Part shown: positions 1 through 8,576 of the stretch, piece after piece
How the letters are laid out: each line of letters opens with the position of its first letter
Numbering within the stretch: the first letter of the stretch is position 1
Assembly (NCBI GenBank): GCA_947589635.1
Contig: CANQCC010000002.1
Coordinates: forward strand, 1-44,854
DNA length: 44,854 nucleotides
Origin: an uncultured Clostridia bacterium
GTDB lineage: Bacteria; Bacillota; Clostridia; Christensenellales; CAG-917
Reading direction: 5' to 3'
The notes under the pieces: generated by a model
The model's database searches: none
What the model was told of the DNA's origin: nothing
What the model saw: the letters and a program-made list of their open reading frames with translations, nothing else
Position numbers and translations under genes: made by a program

Positions 1-29
1 AAGCGCTCTACCAACTGAGCTATACCCCC
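1..29 (-). tRNA. 5' part of a tRNA gene cut by the window edge (isotype undetermined, anticodon outside window)
   Basis: Reverse complement of 1-29 reads GGGGGTATAGCTCAGTTGGTAGAGCGCTT. This is an acceptor-stem 5' arm followed by a canonical D-arm (TAGCTCAGTTGGTAGAGC). Confidence 0.75.
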
Positions 30-111
30 ATTGAATGCTATAAGATAATATCATCAGAGGTATGCGTTTGTCAATTGTTTTTTCCAAAAAATCGCGCGCT
101 TCTTTGCGGCG

Positions 112-1365
112 TTACTCTTTTGCGGCCGCTTTACGTTTGCGCTGACGGCGGGAGGGCTTGTAGGGCGGCAGTATGACCGTAAATACCGTGCCTTTGCCCT
201 CGACTCCGCGGCAGGTGATTGCTCCGCCGTGAGCCTGAGCGGTGGCGTAGGCGATGGAAAGTCCAAGGCCGAAGCTCTTGTTGTCCTCATTTTGGCGCGC
301 TCCGTCCGTGCGGTAAAAGCGGTCGAAAACGTGAGTCGCCTCCTCTTTGGTCACGCTTTCGCCGGTGTTCATGACGGACAGGCGGACGCGCTTTTTATCG
401 CCGGTAAGTTTAAGGCCGACCTTGCCGTTTTCAGAGCAATATTTGACCGCGTTGTCAAGCAGGATAACGACAAGCCTTTCAAGCGCGCGTTTGTCGCCGA
501 GCACGTTGAGTCCCGGCGTGATGGTAGTGACTATGTCCACGCCCTTTTCAAAGCAGACGGGCTCGAAACTGAGGCAGGCGCCCTCGCATACCGAACTGAA
601 ATCCAGCTGCTCGAAGGGCAGGACGGATTGCTCCAGCTTGCTTAGCTCCAGCATATTTGTGATGAGGTCCTGCATGCGGACGATCTGCGTGTCTATGCTC
701 TCTATCCAATGGATGTTGTCCGCGACCGTGGTCTCGGGCTCCGATTTTATGACGCTCAAGTTGGCGGCGATGACCGTGAGAGGGGTCTTAAGCTCGTGCG
801 AGGCGTTGGCGGTCAGATCGCGCTGTTTGGACATCGCGTCCGCGACCGGCTGCAAAAGCTTTGCCGAAAGCAGATAGGCTATGAGGGCGGCAAGCCCTAC
901 CGAACAACAATAAAGCAGCACCGTAAGAAGCCCGGTATTTAGGAGTTGCGAGCGATAGCCCGTCCTGTCTATGACCGCGATCACCTTAAAGTCGCCGTGC
1001 TCCGCGCTGTTGCAAATGAAGTAGTGTCCGCCGCATTTGAACTTGCCCGCTTTGCCCGTCGGGAAAGAGGCGGCCTGCTTTGCGAGGTCCTCCTTGCAGT
1101 CTTCAAGATAGGAGATGTCGTCCTTTATGACGCAGAAATTTTCGGCGATGTTGACGTACACAAAAAAGCACTTGAGGTTTTGCGGCGCGGTCTCGTTGTA
1201 GGCGTTTGGCGCCACGAGCGCCTTGTCAAGCGCGGAGGACATGTACGAATCGTTTGCGATGCAGATTATGCCGAAAAATCCGCCGAGAAGCAATGCCAAA
1301 AACACCGCCGCAATAAGCGTGGTGGCAAGGGTAAAAATAATTCTTTGCTTCCTGACGAGTTGCAT
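112..1365 (-). CDS. Sensor histidine kinase (two N-terminal TM segments, HisKA + HATPase_c)
   Basis: 417-aa ORF. It has an H-box SHELKTPLT, an N-box LLDNAVKY and G-boxes RFYRTD / GLGLSIA. It lies 43 nt downstream of the response regulator on the same strand. Confidence 0.9.
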   Translation of the reverse strand: MQLVRKQRIIFTLATTLIAAVFLALLLGGFFGIICIANDSYMSSALDKALVAPNAYNETAPQNLKCFFVYVNIAENFCVIKDDISYLEDCKEDLAKQAASFPTGKAGKFKCGGHYFICNSAEHGDFKVIAVIDRTGYRSQLLNTGLLTVLLYCCSVGLAALIAYLLSAKLLQPVADAMSKQRDLTANASHELKTPLTVIAANLSVIKSEPETTVADNIHWIESIDTQIVRMQDLITNMLELSKLEQSVLPFEQLDFSSVCEGACLSFEPVCFEKGVDIVTTITPGLNVLGDKRALERLVVILLDNAVKYCSENGKVGLKLTGDKKRVRLSVMNTGESVTKEEATHVFDRFYRTDGARQNEDNKSFGLGLSIAYATAQAHGGAITCRGVEGKGTVFTVILPPYKPSRRQRKRKAAAKE

Positions 1366-1408
1366 AAAAAGGACTTTATCTTATCATTTTGTACAATAAA
1401 CTGTCGGT

Positions 1409-2086
1409 TTATGACTTTTGTACAAGTCTGTAGCCTACGCCGCGCACGGATTCTATCGTGAAATTGGCGCCGAGGTGCGTAAGCTTTTTTCTTAAGAAGG
1501 ACATATACACCTCAAGGTTGTTGCTTTCAAAATCGCTGTTCATGCCCCACGCCTTGAGGATGAGGTCCTCCTTGGGAGCGACGAAACTTGGATATTCAAA
1601 CATATAGCGCAACAGCTCGAACTCCTTGCCGGTGAGGCCTATCTCGCCGTTTGGGGTGGACAGCACGTAGGTGGTCAGATCGAGCGAAGCGTTTGCAAAC
1701 TCCAGCTTATTGTCGCTTACAAGCTTGCCTTTGCGCCTCAGCACCGCGCGCATGCGGGCAAGCAGCTCGCCGGTGGAGAACGGCTTTGAAACATAGTCGT
1801 CCGCGCCTCTGTCAAGCCCCGTGATCTTATCGTTTTCGTCGGTCAGGGCGGTGAGCATTATGACGGGAGTGTCCATCTTTTTGCGGCGGATCTCGCTCAA
1901 CAGGTCAAAACCGTTCATTTTGGGCATGATGACGTCAAGTAAAATGAGGTCGTACATCCCTGTGGACGCGAAATTAAGACCGTCCGCGCCGTCGTATACG
2001 CAGTCCACGTCATATCCGTCTTTCGTCAACATTTTTGCGAGCGCTCTTGACAGCTCTCTTTCGTCTTCGACAAGTAAAACACGCAT
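1409..2086 (-). CDS. OmpR/PhoB-family response regulator
   Basis: 225-aa ORF. The receiver domain has MRVLLVEDE, LILLDVIMP and a DDYVSKPF-type motif. The C-terminal winged helix ends VRGVGYRL. AGGAGG sits upstream of the ATG. Confidence 0.92.
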   Translation of the reverse strand: MRVLLVEDERELSRALAKMLTKDGYDVDCVYDGADGLNFASTGMYDLILLDVIMPKMNGFDLLSEIRRKKMDTPVIMLTALTDENDKITGLDRGADDYVSKPFSTGELLARMRAVLRRKGKLVSDNKLEFANASLDLTTYVLSTPNGEIGLTGKEFELLRYMFEYPSFVAPKEDLILKAWGMNSDFESNNLEVYMSFLRKKLTHLGANFTIESVRGVGYRLVQKS

Positions 2087-2225
2087 AACTGCCTCCTTTT
2101 TGATTATAGTATTTTTTTATAATTAAAACAACATTAAATTTGCCTTTATTTGCCTGACGCCTCGCCTCGCAAATAAAGAGGGGGCGATAATTGTAATAAT
2201 ATATATGACGCATCTTATCGTGCGC

Positions 2226-2254
2226 TTGCAAGGCGGGCGCGCGCGTGATAAAAT
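2226..2254 (+). promoter_or_regulatory. Sigma-70-type promoter for the 2270 gene
   Basis: TTGCAA (2226-2231), 17-nt spacer, TAAAAT (2249-2254), preceded by TGn (extended -10). Confidence 0.5.
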
Positions 2255-2269
2255 ATAGCCGAGGTATCT

Positions 2270-4015
2270 ATGCAAAAAAGCTTGCGCGTTTTCTCATTGA
2301 TCATGCTTGTCGCGCTGACGGCGATCGTCGCGTGCGGCTTTTCGTTTGGGTGCGCGGCGCGCGAGGCATATGCGGCGGGCAATATCAAGTTTATAATTTC
2401 CGCCAAAGCCGCTCCGGACGGCGCAGACTACGGCTATGATTGGACGCTCACCTGCAAGACGGACGAGGGCGAAGAGGTGCTGGCAAGGGCGCAGTACGCC
2501 TATTTTATTGACCCCGACAATCGCAATACCGACGTAGTGCCGGGCGCGGTTTTTGTTGAAAAAATAAGGGATTATCTTAGTAAAAGTGGGCAAAGCGAAC
2601 CCTATACAAACTTCGACGTGACCTTTGATTTGCCCAAGTTTAGCTCAAGTATAAGCGAAAACCGCGTCACGGGCTATTCCGAGACGGGCACCGCGGATAT
2701 AGGATTAAGCGCGGAAGTCCCAAATATGATCAACGCGAACCAGGGCGAAACGGACGCCAACGCGAAGCTCAGCCTGCAATATAAGGTTGGCTTGGACGGA
2801 GTATACAGGACCCAGAACGGCGGACAAACGGAGGGAGACACGTTGTACTTCGGCGCGGGCGTGCCGGTTGGCGTATACTATGTAAGATACGCCGCTATGA
2901 CGGAGGTCTATTTGAATATAAACATGGAGCCCGAAGCACCGAAAAAGTGCGAAGTCTATCAATATGGCGAAGACTTTGAATGCGAGATAGTAAAATCCCC
3001 GGCTCCTGTTCCGGACGTGGACAGGGTCATCACGGCGACGTACGGGACTATCATAAGCAGCACTTACTCTTTGATAGAGCCGCGCCCGAGAAACGGACAA
3101 TTTGAGGCGTACGACGATAGTTATAGCGGCGACGATTTGCTTACGGTGGGCGAATATACCGTAAAATATCGCTTTAATTCTTATAACGAAAACTATACCC
3201 CCAGCGAGGCGGTCTCATTTACGCTGAGGATAGTCCCGCGCGAAGTTACCGTGTACGTGGGCAACGTAAGCTCGCACAAGGGCGACCCCTGTCGCGACCT
3301 CGAAAAGGAAGTCGCCGTAAGCGTATCCGCTTTGTCGCTTATCGGGGAAGATACGCAGGAAGACCTCGGCATGCAGCTGTTTGTTAGAAATTTCGACAAG
3401 GATAAGGCGGGCATTTACTTTATCGACGTAAGTTTTTCAAACCCCAACTACACGCCGGTCGTGCAAAACGCGGAGGGATCGCCGGTGCCTTACGGAGTGT
3501 ACAGGGTGTTTGAGTATCGCTATGACGTCGTGGCGACGGACGGGAAAAAATTTATAGTATGCTGCGACAATATAGAAGGCGTGGAAGTCGCGATAGTCGC
3601 CAATCCCGTCTCGGACGAAATTATCGGCGTGGACGGCGAAAACGGCAGGATCGGACTTAGGGCGATGGCGTCTTACACCGTGATGTTTTGGCGCCTTGAG
3701 GAGAGGGTCACTCCCCCCGAAGCGTACAGCGTGGAGTGGGTGGACCCCATGGACGGCGCGATAGCGTATTCGCTGTATGACAGCTCGGGCGAGAGCGACG
3801 GCAGAGACCTGCAACCTCTGTTGAGCGGCGTAAATACCCTGACCATCCCCGCCTATCTCGACTCGTTTATTCTGTACGCGGAGGACAAGCTGCCCGTCGT
3901 TGAAAACGTCTGGCAGTGGTACAACATCTTGCTGATATCGCTGTGCGGATCGCTCGCTTTGGCGGTGGCATTTACGCTTGCGGCGGCGGCAAGAAGAAGG
4001 AGGAGAGTATGGTGA
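2270..4015 (+). CDS. Large secreted/surface protein of unknown function: putative lipoprotein signal (AIVAC), C-terminal TM helix and an RRRRR stop-transfer tail
   Basis: 581-aa ORF with GAGG upstream of the ATG. The N-terminal signal carries the lipobox-like IVAC. The C-terminus is hydrophobic (LLISLCGSLALAVAFTLAAAA) followed by RRRRRVW. Internal segments of the type NYTP...LRIVPREVTV are reminiscent of MBG-type repeats (weak call). Confidence 0.7.
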   Translation: MQKSLRVFSLIMLVALTAIVACGFSFGCAAREAYAAGNIKFIISAKAAPDGADYGYDWTLTCKTDEGEEVLARAQYAYFIDPDNRNTDVVPGAVFVEKIRDYLSKSGQSEPYTNFDVTFDLPKFSSSISENRVTGYSETGTADIGLSAEVPNMINANQGETDANAKLSLQYKVGLDGVYRTQNGGQTEGDTLYFGAGVPVGVYYVRYAAMTEVYLNINMEPEAPKKCEVYQYGEDFECEIVKSPAPVPDVDRVITATYGTIISSTYSLIEPRPRNGQFEAYDDSYSGDDLLTVGEYTVKYRFNSYNENYTPSEAVSFTLRIVPREVTVYVGNVSSHKGDPCRDLEKEVAVSVSALSLIGEDTQEDLGMQLFVRNFDKDKAGIYFIDVSFSNPNYTPVVQNAEGSPVPYGVYRVFEYRYDVVATDGKKFIVCCDNIEGVEVAIVANPVSDEIIGVDGENGRIGLRAMASYTVMFWRLEERVTPPEAYSVEWVDPMDGAIAYSLYDSSGESDGRDLQPLLSGVNTLTIPAYLDSFILYAEDKLPVVENVWQWYNILLISLCGSLALAVAFTLAAAARRRRRVW

Positions 4016-4668
4016 GCATCATCATTGCGCTTTCAAAGACATATTCTCTTACCTTGGGACTTGCCCTGGCGGCAGTCGCGCTTGCGGCGATAGTTACGGT
4101 CGCGGCGATAGAGTTTGCAAGGCTGAAAGAGAGGGAAAAGAAGTTGCTCGGCAGCGACGAATACCGCCATATCCCGCGCCCGAAGCCTAAGATCGTTACG
4201 CCCGAAGAGGAGAAGCGAGAGGCTAAACGCGAGGAAAAAAAGAAACAAAAACAGGCGGGCAAACTCAACGCGGACGGGACCGCCAAACCCAAGCGCGGAA
4301 AAAAGAAAAAGCAGCCGAAGTTTGTGTTTACGGTAAGCGATGAAGCCCGCGACGGCATACCTGAGGAGCTTCCCGCCGAAAAAGAGGAGCCGAAATTTGA
4401 AGAGGGCGACGAGCCCGTAGAGAATTTGCTTGACGAAAGCTCGATGGACAAGTCCTCGCCGGATACGGACGGGGAAGTCCAAAGTTTGGAAAGAAAAGCG
4501 GAAGAGAACGCGAATAATATAAATAGCGCAGCGTGCGAAAACGATAAAAATATGCACGGCGAAGAGGAAGAAATCGCAAAAAATACGGACGGCAAAGCCG
4601 GAAACAACGTCGCGCCCGAAGGTTCTAATGGCGAAGGGAAAGAGGCTTGCGAAGGGGGCGAGGCATGA
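4009..4668 (+). CDS. Single-pass membrane protein with a long Lys/Glu-rich disordered tail (unknown function)
   Basis: The ATG at 4009 overlaps the upstream stop (ATGGTGA). There is one TM helix (LTLGLALAAVALAAIVTVAAI), then a charged low-complexity region. The upstream part of track ORF 3916.. overlaps the previous gene and is not used. Confidence 0.65.
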   Translation: MVSIIIALSKTYSLTLGLALAAVALAAIVTVAAIEFARLKEREKKLLGSDEYRHIPRPKPKIVTPEEEKREAKREEKKKQKQAGKLNADGTAKPKRGKKKKQPKFVFTVSDEARDGIPEELPAEKEEPKFEEGDEPVENLLDESSMDKSSPDTDGEVQSLERKAEENANNINSAACENDKNMHGEEEEIAKNTDGKAGNNVAPEGSNGEGKEACEGGEA

Positions 4669-5726
4669 AAAAACGCATAAAGACCGCTCTCATTCTGCTT
4701 GGGATAGGCGTGGCAGTCAACATCGCGCTTGCGATAGTCAAGATGTACGTCGGGTTGAGTTCCAACAGCCTTATGATAATGCTCGACGCAATGAACAGCT
4801 TTTTTGACATCATCACCACGGCGGTCGCGGTGTTCGCGTTTGTCGCGCTGATTGTGCCAAGATCCGAAAAGGCGCCGCATGGATACGGCAGAAGCGAATA
4901 TCTTGCAAGCTTTGTCGTGGCGGTGGTCTCGGTAGTCATGGGCGGGCTGTTCTTTATCCGCTCTCTCAACCGCATGGCCATGCCGGAGCCGGTGTGGTTC
5001 GGCGCGGAAAGCTGCGCACTTATCGCGGTGGCGATCCCCGTCAAGTTGGCCATCGCGATCTCATACAAATTGTTCAACAAAAAGTTGCGCTCCAAGGCGA
5101 TAGAGGCGATATCCATAGACAGCTTTCTTGACGCGGCGATAACGACGGCGTCCCTCATCTCCTTCGTCGTGTCAAGTCGGGTAAACTACGCGGTGGACGC
5201 CATATTTGGCATAGTCACAAGCATAGTCGTCATCCTCTTCGCGATAAAGGCGGTCGTCGACAGCGTGAAGTCCGTCGTAAGGGGCGACGACGGCGACATA
5301 AGGCAGGACGTGGAGACGGCGCTCAACGAGGTCGCGGGCATAAAGCGCATCGTCTCAGTGGACGTGCACGATTACGGCTATGGCGAAAAGGACGTCTCGG
5401 CGTTTGTGGAATTTGAGGACGGCGCTTCCGCCCTTGACGTCGCCTCTTTAAGCCGCGAGGTAGAGGACAAATATACAGAGAGAGTGCGTCCCGATTTTGT
5501 CGTGAACATCAGGCTTATCCCGTCTTGCGAAAGCGCTCCCGCGCAGGAGACTTCCTCCGGGGCGGAAGACGGAAATCGATCGGAAGGGGATATTCAAACG
5601 GAAAGCGGGAGCCAAGCGGAAAGTAAAAATCTACCTGAAGTAAGTATTCAAACAGAAGCCCCGCATGGAGAGGTTGCGTCTCGTGAGGAAATCGAATATT
5701 CTCTCCAATCGGAAAACCAAGAATGA
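4665..5726 (+). CDS. Cation diffusion facilitator (CDF) family transporter with an acidic Ser/Glu-rich C-terminal extension
   Basis: The ATG at 4665 overlaps the upstream stop (ATGA). CDF-like features include the TM2 region SLMIMLDAMNSFFD, HGYGRSEYLA and a DSFLD motif in a later TM helix, with six hydrophobic segments. Confidence 0.8.
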   Translation: MKKRIKTALILLGIGVAVNIALAIVKMYVGLSSNSLMIMLDAMNSFFDIITTAVAVFAFVALIVPRSEKAPHGYGRSEYLASFVVAVVSVVMGGLFFIRSLNRMAMPEPVWFGAESCALIAVAIPVKLAIAISYKLFNKKLRSKAIEAISIDSFLDAAITTASLISFVVSSRVNYAVDAIFGIVTSIVVILFAIKAVVDSVKSVVRGDDGDIRQDVETALNEVAGIKRIVSVDVHDYGYGEKDVSAFVEFEDGASALDVASLSREVEDKYTERVRPDFVVNIRLIPSCESAPAQETSSGAEDGNRSEGDIQTESGSQAESKNLPEVSIQTEAPHGEVASREEIEYSLQSENQE

Positions 5727-5805
5727 GTTTTTGATCGAATGTCGCAAATAAAAAAGCGCTTCTCGTCATGCGAGGGGCGCTTTTATGCGCTTTGATAATC
5801 GCGTT

Positions 5806-6708
5806 TTACATGCAGCTTTTGAAGAAGTCGCACATCGCGCGGTTTGCGGCCTCGGATTCCTCCCAATCCCAATACAGCACGTTGAACACATGCACAAGTT
5901 TATGCTCTTTGACGTAGGGGGCGTCAAGGAAGAACAGCTCCGCCTTGGTGCCCTGAGCGCGCACCGCCTCGTAGGCGCGTTTTGTGGACTCGCGCAAAAA
6001 ATCGGCGTATGCGGAGATGAAGAAGCAAGGGCAGATATCCTTTTGCAGCGTGGCGGTAAAAGACGCCATCTCGCGGATATCGCCTTTAAGATAACCTTTG
6101 CCGAGTATGGGATTGAAGTACAGCTTCATAAGCCCTTTGGGCAGCGCGAACATGTCGAGGGGATCCGCGGCTGGGCAGATGAGACCTGCCGCCTTGACGT
6201 CGACCGACGGCGTAACGTCATAATATTTTTGCAGCTCCTCGCTCTTTATTATGTTGGCGACAAGCCCCGCGATATGTCCTCCCGCGCTGTCTCCAGCAAT
6301 GAAGAAGTTGTCCATGTCGAGGGCGAGTTGCTCCGCGTGCTCCGCCACGTACTTCATGGCGGCAAACACGTCGCCTATCTGCGCCTTGATATCCGCTTCC
6401 GGCGCGAGGCGGTAGCTTATGTCCACCACCGCAAAGCCATAGCGCACAAGAGAACGGCAATAATATTCGTTCAGCTCCTTGTCGCCATAGTACCAGCCCC
6501 CGCCGTGTACGTCCATGATGACGGGCAACTTGCCATCCGCGCCCTTTGGACGATATACGTTGAGGGTGTGCATGGCGTGGCCGTCTCCCGCGTAGTCTAT
6601 GTCAAGCTGAGCCTCGTCGAAGTCGGGCGCGACTTGCGCCGCCATGCGCTTTTTGTCAAGCCGCTCGGTGCGTTTCCAGAACGCTTTTATGATGGGATTT
6701 GTCTTCAT
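5806..6708 (-). CDS. Alpha/beta-hydrolase, hormone-sensitive-lipase-type esterase
   Basis: Oxyanion-hole motif HGGGW and nucleophile elbow GDSAGG. The start is placed at MKTNPII (GGAG 6 nt upstream) rather than the upstream ATG at 6765. Confidence 0.85.
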   Translation of the reverse strand: MKTNPIIKAFWKRTERLDKKRMAAQVAPDFDEAQLDIDYAGDGHAMHTLNVYRPKGADGKLPVIMDVHGGGWYYGDKELNEYYCRSLVRYGFAVVDISYRLAPEADIKAQIGDVFAAMKYVAEHAEQLALDMDNFFIAGDSAGGHIAGLVANIIKSEELQKYYDVTPSVDVKAAGLICPAADPLDMFALPKGLMKLYFNPILGKGYLKGDIREMASFTATLQKDICPCFFISAYADFLRESTKRAYEAVRAQGTKAELFFLDAPYVKEHKLVHVFNVLYWDWEESEAANRAMCDFFKSCM

Positions 6709-6851
6709 AATCTCCGCCTTATATTTTGATATATTAAATATAATACTTATTTTGCATAAAATCAATACCGCCTATGCTCTCAATTTTCTTCGAGGCGGGA
6801 GGAGAGATAACGCCGCGGCGCCGCCTTGCGCAAAAAAATTGTCTCAAACCC

Positions 6852-6880
6852 TTGATTTTGGATAAAATATGATATATAAT
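6852..6880 (+). promoter_or_regulatory. Sigma-70-type promoter of ssrA
   Basis: TTGATT (6852-6857), 17-nt spacer, TATAAT (6875-6880), about 25 nt before the mature tmRNA 5' end. Confidence 0.6.
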
Positions 6881-6905
6881 CACTGCACGCTCAGGCGCAC
6901 GATTT

Positions 6906-7264
6906 GGGGGTGTACCGGAATCGACAGTCGTTTTGAAGCGGTATAAGCACGCCGTAGGCTCGGCTACGTTAAAACGGAACGTTAAAATTAAACGCAAACA
7001 AAACTCAAAAGAGTGCTCCGGCACTCGCCTTCGCTGCGTAATCAGTCAGCGCGTCGCCCCGAGGTTTTCTGTTTCCTCGGCAAGCGGCGTCAGAAAAACA
7101 GACAACGCGACCCCATCGCCCGCTAAGGTCGTTGTCATTAAGGGCTTATCAAACTAAGGCTTGCCGGTGAGCCGAAGCGCGAAACATCCAATCACCCGCT
7201 AAGCGTGTAGAAAGTGCCGAACATGAGCGGTTGGACCGGGGTCCGACTCCCCGCACCTCCACCA
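6906..7264 (+). ncRNA. ssrA: tmRNA (transfer-messenger RNA)
   Basis: The 5' GGGGGTG pairs with the 3' CACCTCC followed by ACCA, which includes the G3:U alanine identity pair. The 3' end has a T-arm-like GGACCGGGGTCCGACTCCCCG. The internal tag reading frame 6994-7041 (GCA AAC AAA ... GCT GCG TAA) encodes ANKTQKSAPALAFAA. Confidence 0.95.
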
Positions 7265-7265
7265 G

Positions 7266-7300
7266 CAAAAAAATGCACATCGACATGGTGTGCATTTTTA
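7266..7300 (+). terminator. Rho-independent terminator of ssrA
   Basis: Stem ATGCACA (7273-7279) pairs with TGTGCAT (7289-7295) around a 9-nt loop, followed by TTTTT. An A-run lies upstream. Confidence 0.7.
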
Positions 7301-7497
7301 TATCCCAAAATCAGCAGATTTTGGGAAAATGCACACATACATGTCATGAGCATTTTTTTGCCACTCCGCGCACAAAAAACTTAACGCTCATGATACTGCG
7401 CGTGCAAGAAGAGACAAGAGGACGCTCCAAGACGCTTGTATGATTCGCTATTTTTTGTGCTTGGGTTCCGCCCGGACATGTGGCGAAAGCGCCGATT

Positions 7498-7710
7498 TCA
7501 GATATCTGTCAAGCCCAATAAGTAGTCTACAGACACGCCGTAAAATTGTGAAAACTCCGCAAGCAGGGAGAGAGGCGGCTCGCGTTGATCTTTTTCATAA
7601 TGGAGATACGTCACGCTGTTCAAGCCAAATTTCGCAGCGCACTGCTTTTGAGTCATGCCGCGCTCCTCGCGCAATTCTTTCAACCGTTCGCCTAAAATTA
7701 TCGTTGTCAT
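7498..7710 (-). CDS. Minimal XRE-family helix-turn-helix transcriptional regulator (70 aa)
   Basis: LGERLKELREERGMTQKQCAAKFGLNSVTYLHYEKDQREPPLSLLAEFSQFYGVSVDYLLG is a typical Cro/CI-type HTH with no extra domain. Confidence 0.9.
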   Translation of the reverse strand: MTTIILGERLKELREERGMTQKQCAAKFGLNSVTYLHYEKDQREPPLSLLAEFSQFYGVSVDYLLGLTDI

Positions 7711-7714
7711 ATAC

Positions 7715-7769
7715 TTGACATACTACCATTTTGGTAATAAAATATTCATAAACTACCAATTTGGTAATA
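7715..7769. promoter_or_regulatory. Divergent control region: a sigma-70 promoter overlapped by two palindromic operator sites
   Basis: TTGACA (7715-7720), 17-nt spacer, TAAAAT (7738-7743). Site 1 is ACTACCATTTTGGTAATA (7722-7739) and site 2 is ACTACCAATTTGGTAATA (7752-7769). Each contains the perfect palindrome TACCA-N3-TGGTA, and the site centres are 30 bp apart. Confidence 0.65.
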
Positions 7770-7793
7770 CTACAATTATTATGGGAGGCGTAA

Positions 7794-8357
7794 ATGGCTT
7801 CTTCAAAGAAACGTCCGAAGTTTGAAAAGGCAAGGCAAGTGATATCCAAAATTATACAAGTCATCTCTATTCTGGTCTGTTGCGCGTCTGTACTTTTGGG
7901 TGTTGCTGTTTTAATTTTGTCATTTATAAATAATGTTTCAGCGGGATTGACCGGCACCATCGGCACAATTTTTCACGCACTCAATAAATGGTATATTATT
8001 TTAGCTTTGATTGTTGGCGGTCCCATTGCTTTGTTTATTGGCATGTTTATAAGCTTCATGTTTTATATGCCTGAAAATGATGGAGATAAAAAATCTGCGC
8101 CTAAGCGTTCAGCGTTGATTCCCGGTAGCGTAAGGATGTATTTAAAGGGCGATTTGTTTGGTTGTACCAATTGTACATGGACGGCTTATGCAGGCGATGA
8201 TGAAGGCCCGGTCTATAAATGCAAAAAGTGCGGTTCATACAATTGTCAAATTATTTATGGGGCCGGCGCAATATGCAAAGATTGCGGAAGCCTTGACACA
8301 GATACTGTCTGCCCCAAATGCGGCCATGATATTGCTGTTAATAAACATCCCATATAA
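7794..8357 (+). CDS. Membrane protein with two N-terminal TM helices and a C-terminal double zinc ribbon (unknown function)
   Basis: 187-aa ORF with GGGAGG upstream. The TM helices are VISILVCCASVLLGVAVLILSF and IILALIVGGPIALFIGMFISFMF. There are four CxxC pairs (CTNC, CKKC, CKDC, CPKC). Confidence 0.75.
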   Translation: MASSKKRPKFEKARQVISKIIQVISILVCCASVLLGVAVLILSFINNVSAGLTGTIGTIFHALNKWYIILALIVGGPIALFIGMFISFMFYMPENDGDKKSAPKRSALIPGSVRMYLKGDLFGCTNCTWTAYAGDDEGPVYKCKKCGSYNCQIIYGAGAICKDCGSLDTDTVCPKCGHDIAVNKHPI

Positions 8358-8503
8358 TACGATAATATTAGCTTGATATTAATTACGATTTAACGAAGTT
8401 TCACTTAACGCAACAAAAGCGGTCTGATTTCACTTGAGTCGGGCCGTTTTTGCTTCTTTGCGCCGAATGAAAATTTCGCTGACGCTCAATTTTGCGCAAT
8501 TTC

Positions 8504-8532
8504 TTGAAGTAAGGATAACAAAAATGTATAAT
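8504..8532 (+). promoter_or_regulatory. Sigma-70-type promoter for the 8577 gene
   Basis: TTGAAG (8504-8509), 17-nt spacer, TATAAT (8527-8532). Confidence 0.5.
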
Positions 8533-8576
8533 TGATACATAAAGCTCGCCAAACAACGTTTAGGAGCGAATAGCTT

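Noticed and set aside
54-290. 78-aa minus-strand ORF overlapping the kinase 3' end
   Set aside because: It is out of frame with the histidine kinase C-terminus, runs toward the tRNA, and has no RBS.
3972-4880. Other long overlapping ORFs of the same kind: 3972..4880(-), 5785..6729(+), 14660..15589(-), 24063..24845(-), 36336..37079(+), 39146..39958(-)
   Set aside because: Each is antisense to, or out of frame with, a better-supported gene and has a shadow-type composition.
7231-7443. 70-aa ORF starting inside the tmRNA 3' end
   Set aside because: It begins within the tmRNA T-arm and acceptor region and crosses its terminator, so it is not plausible as a gene.
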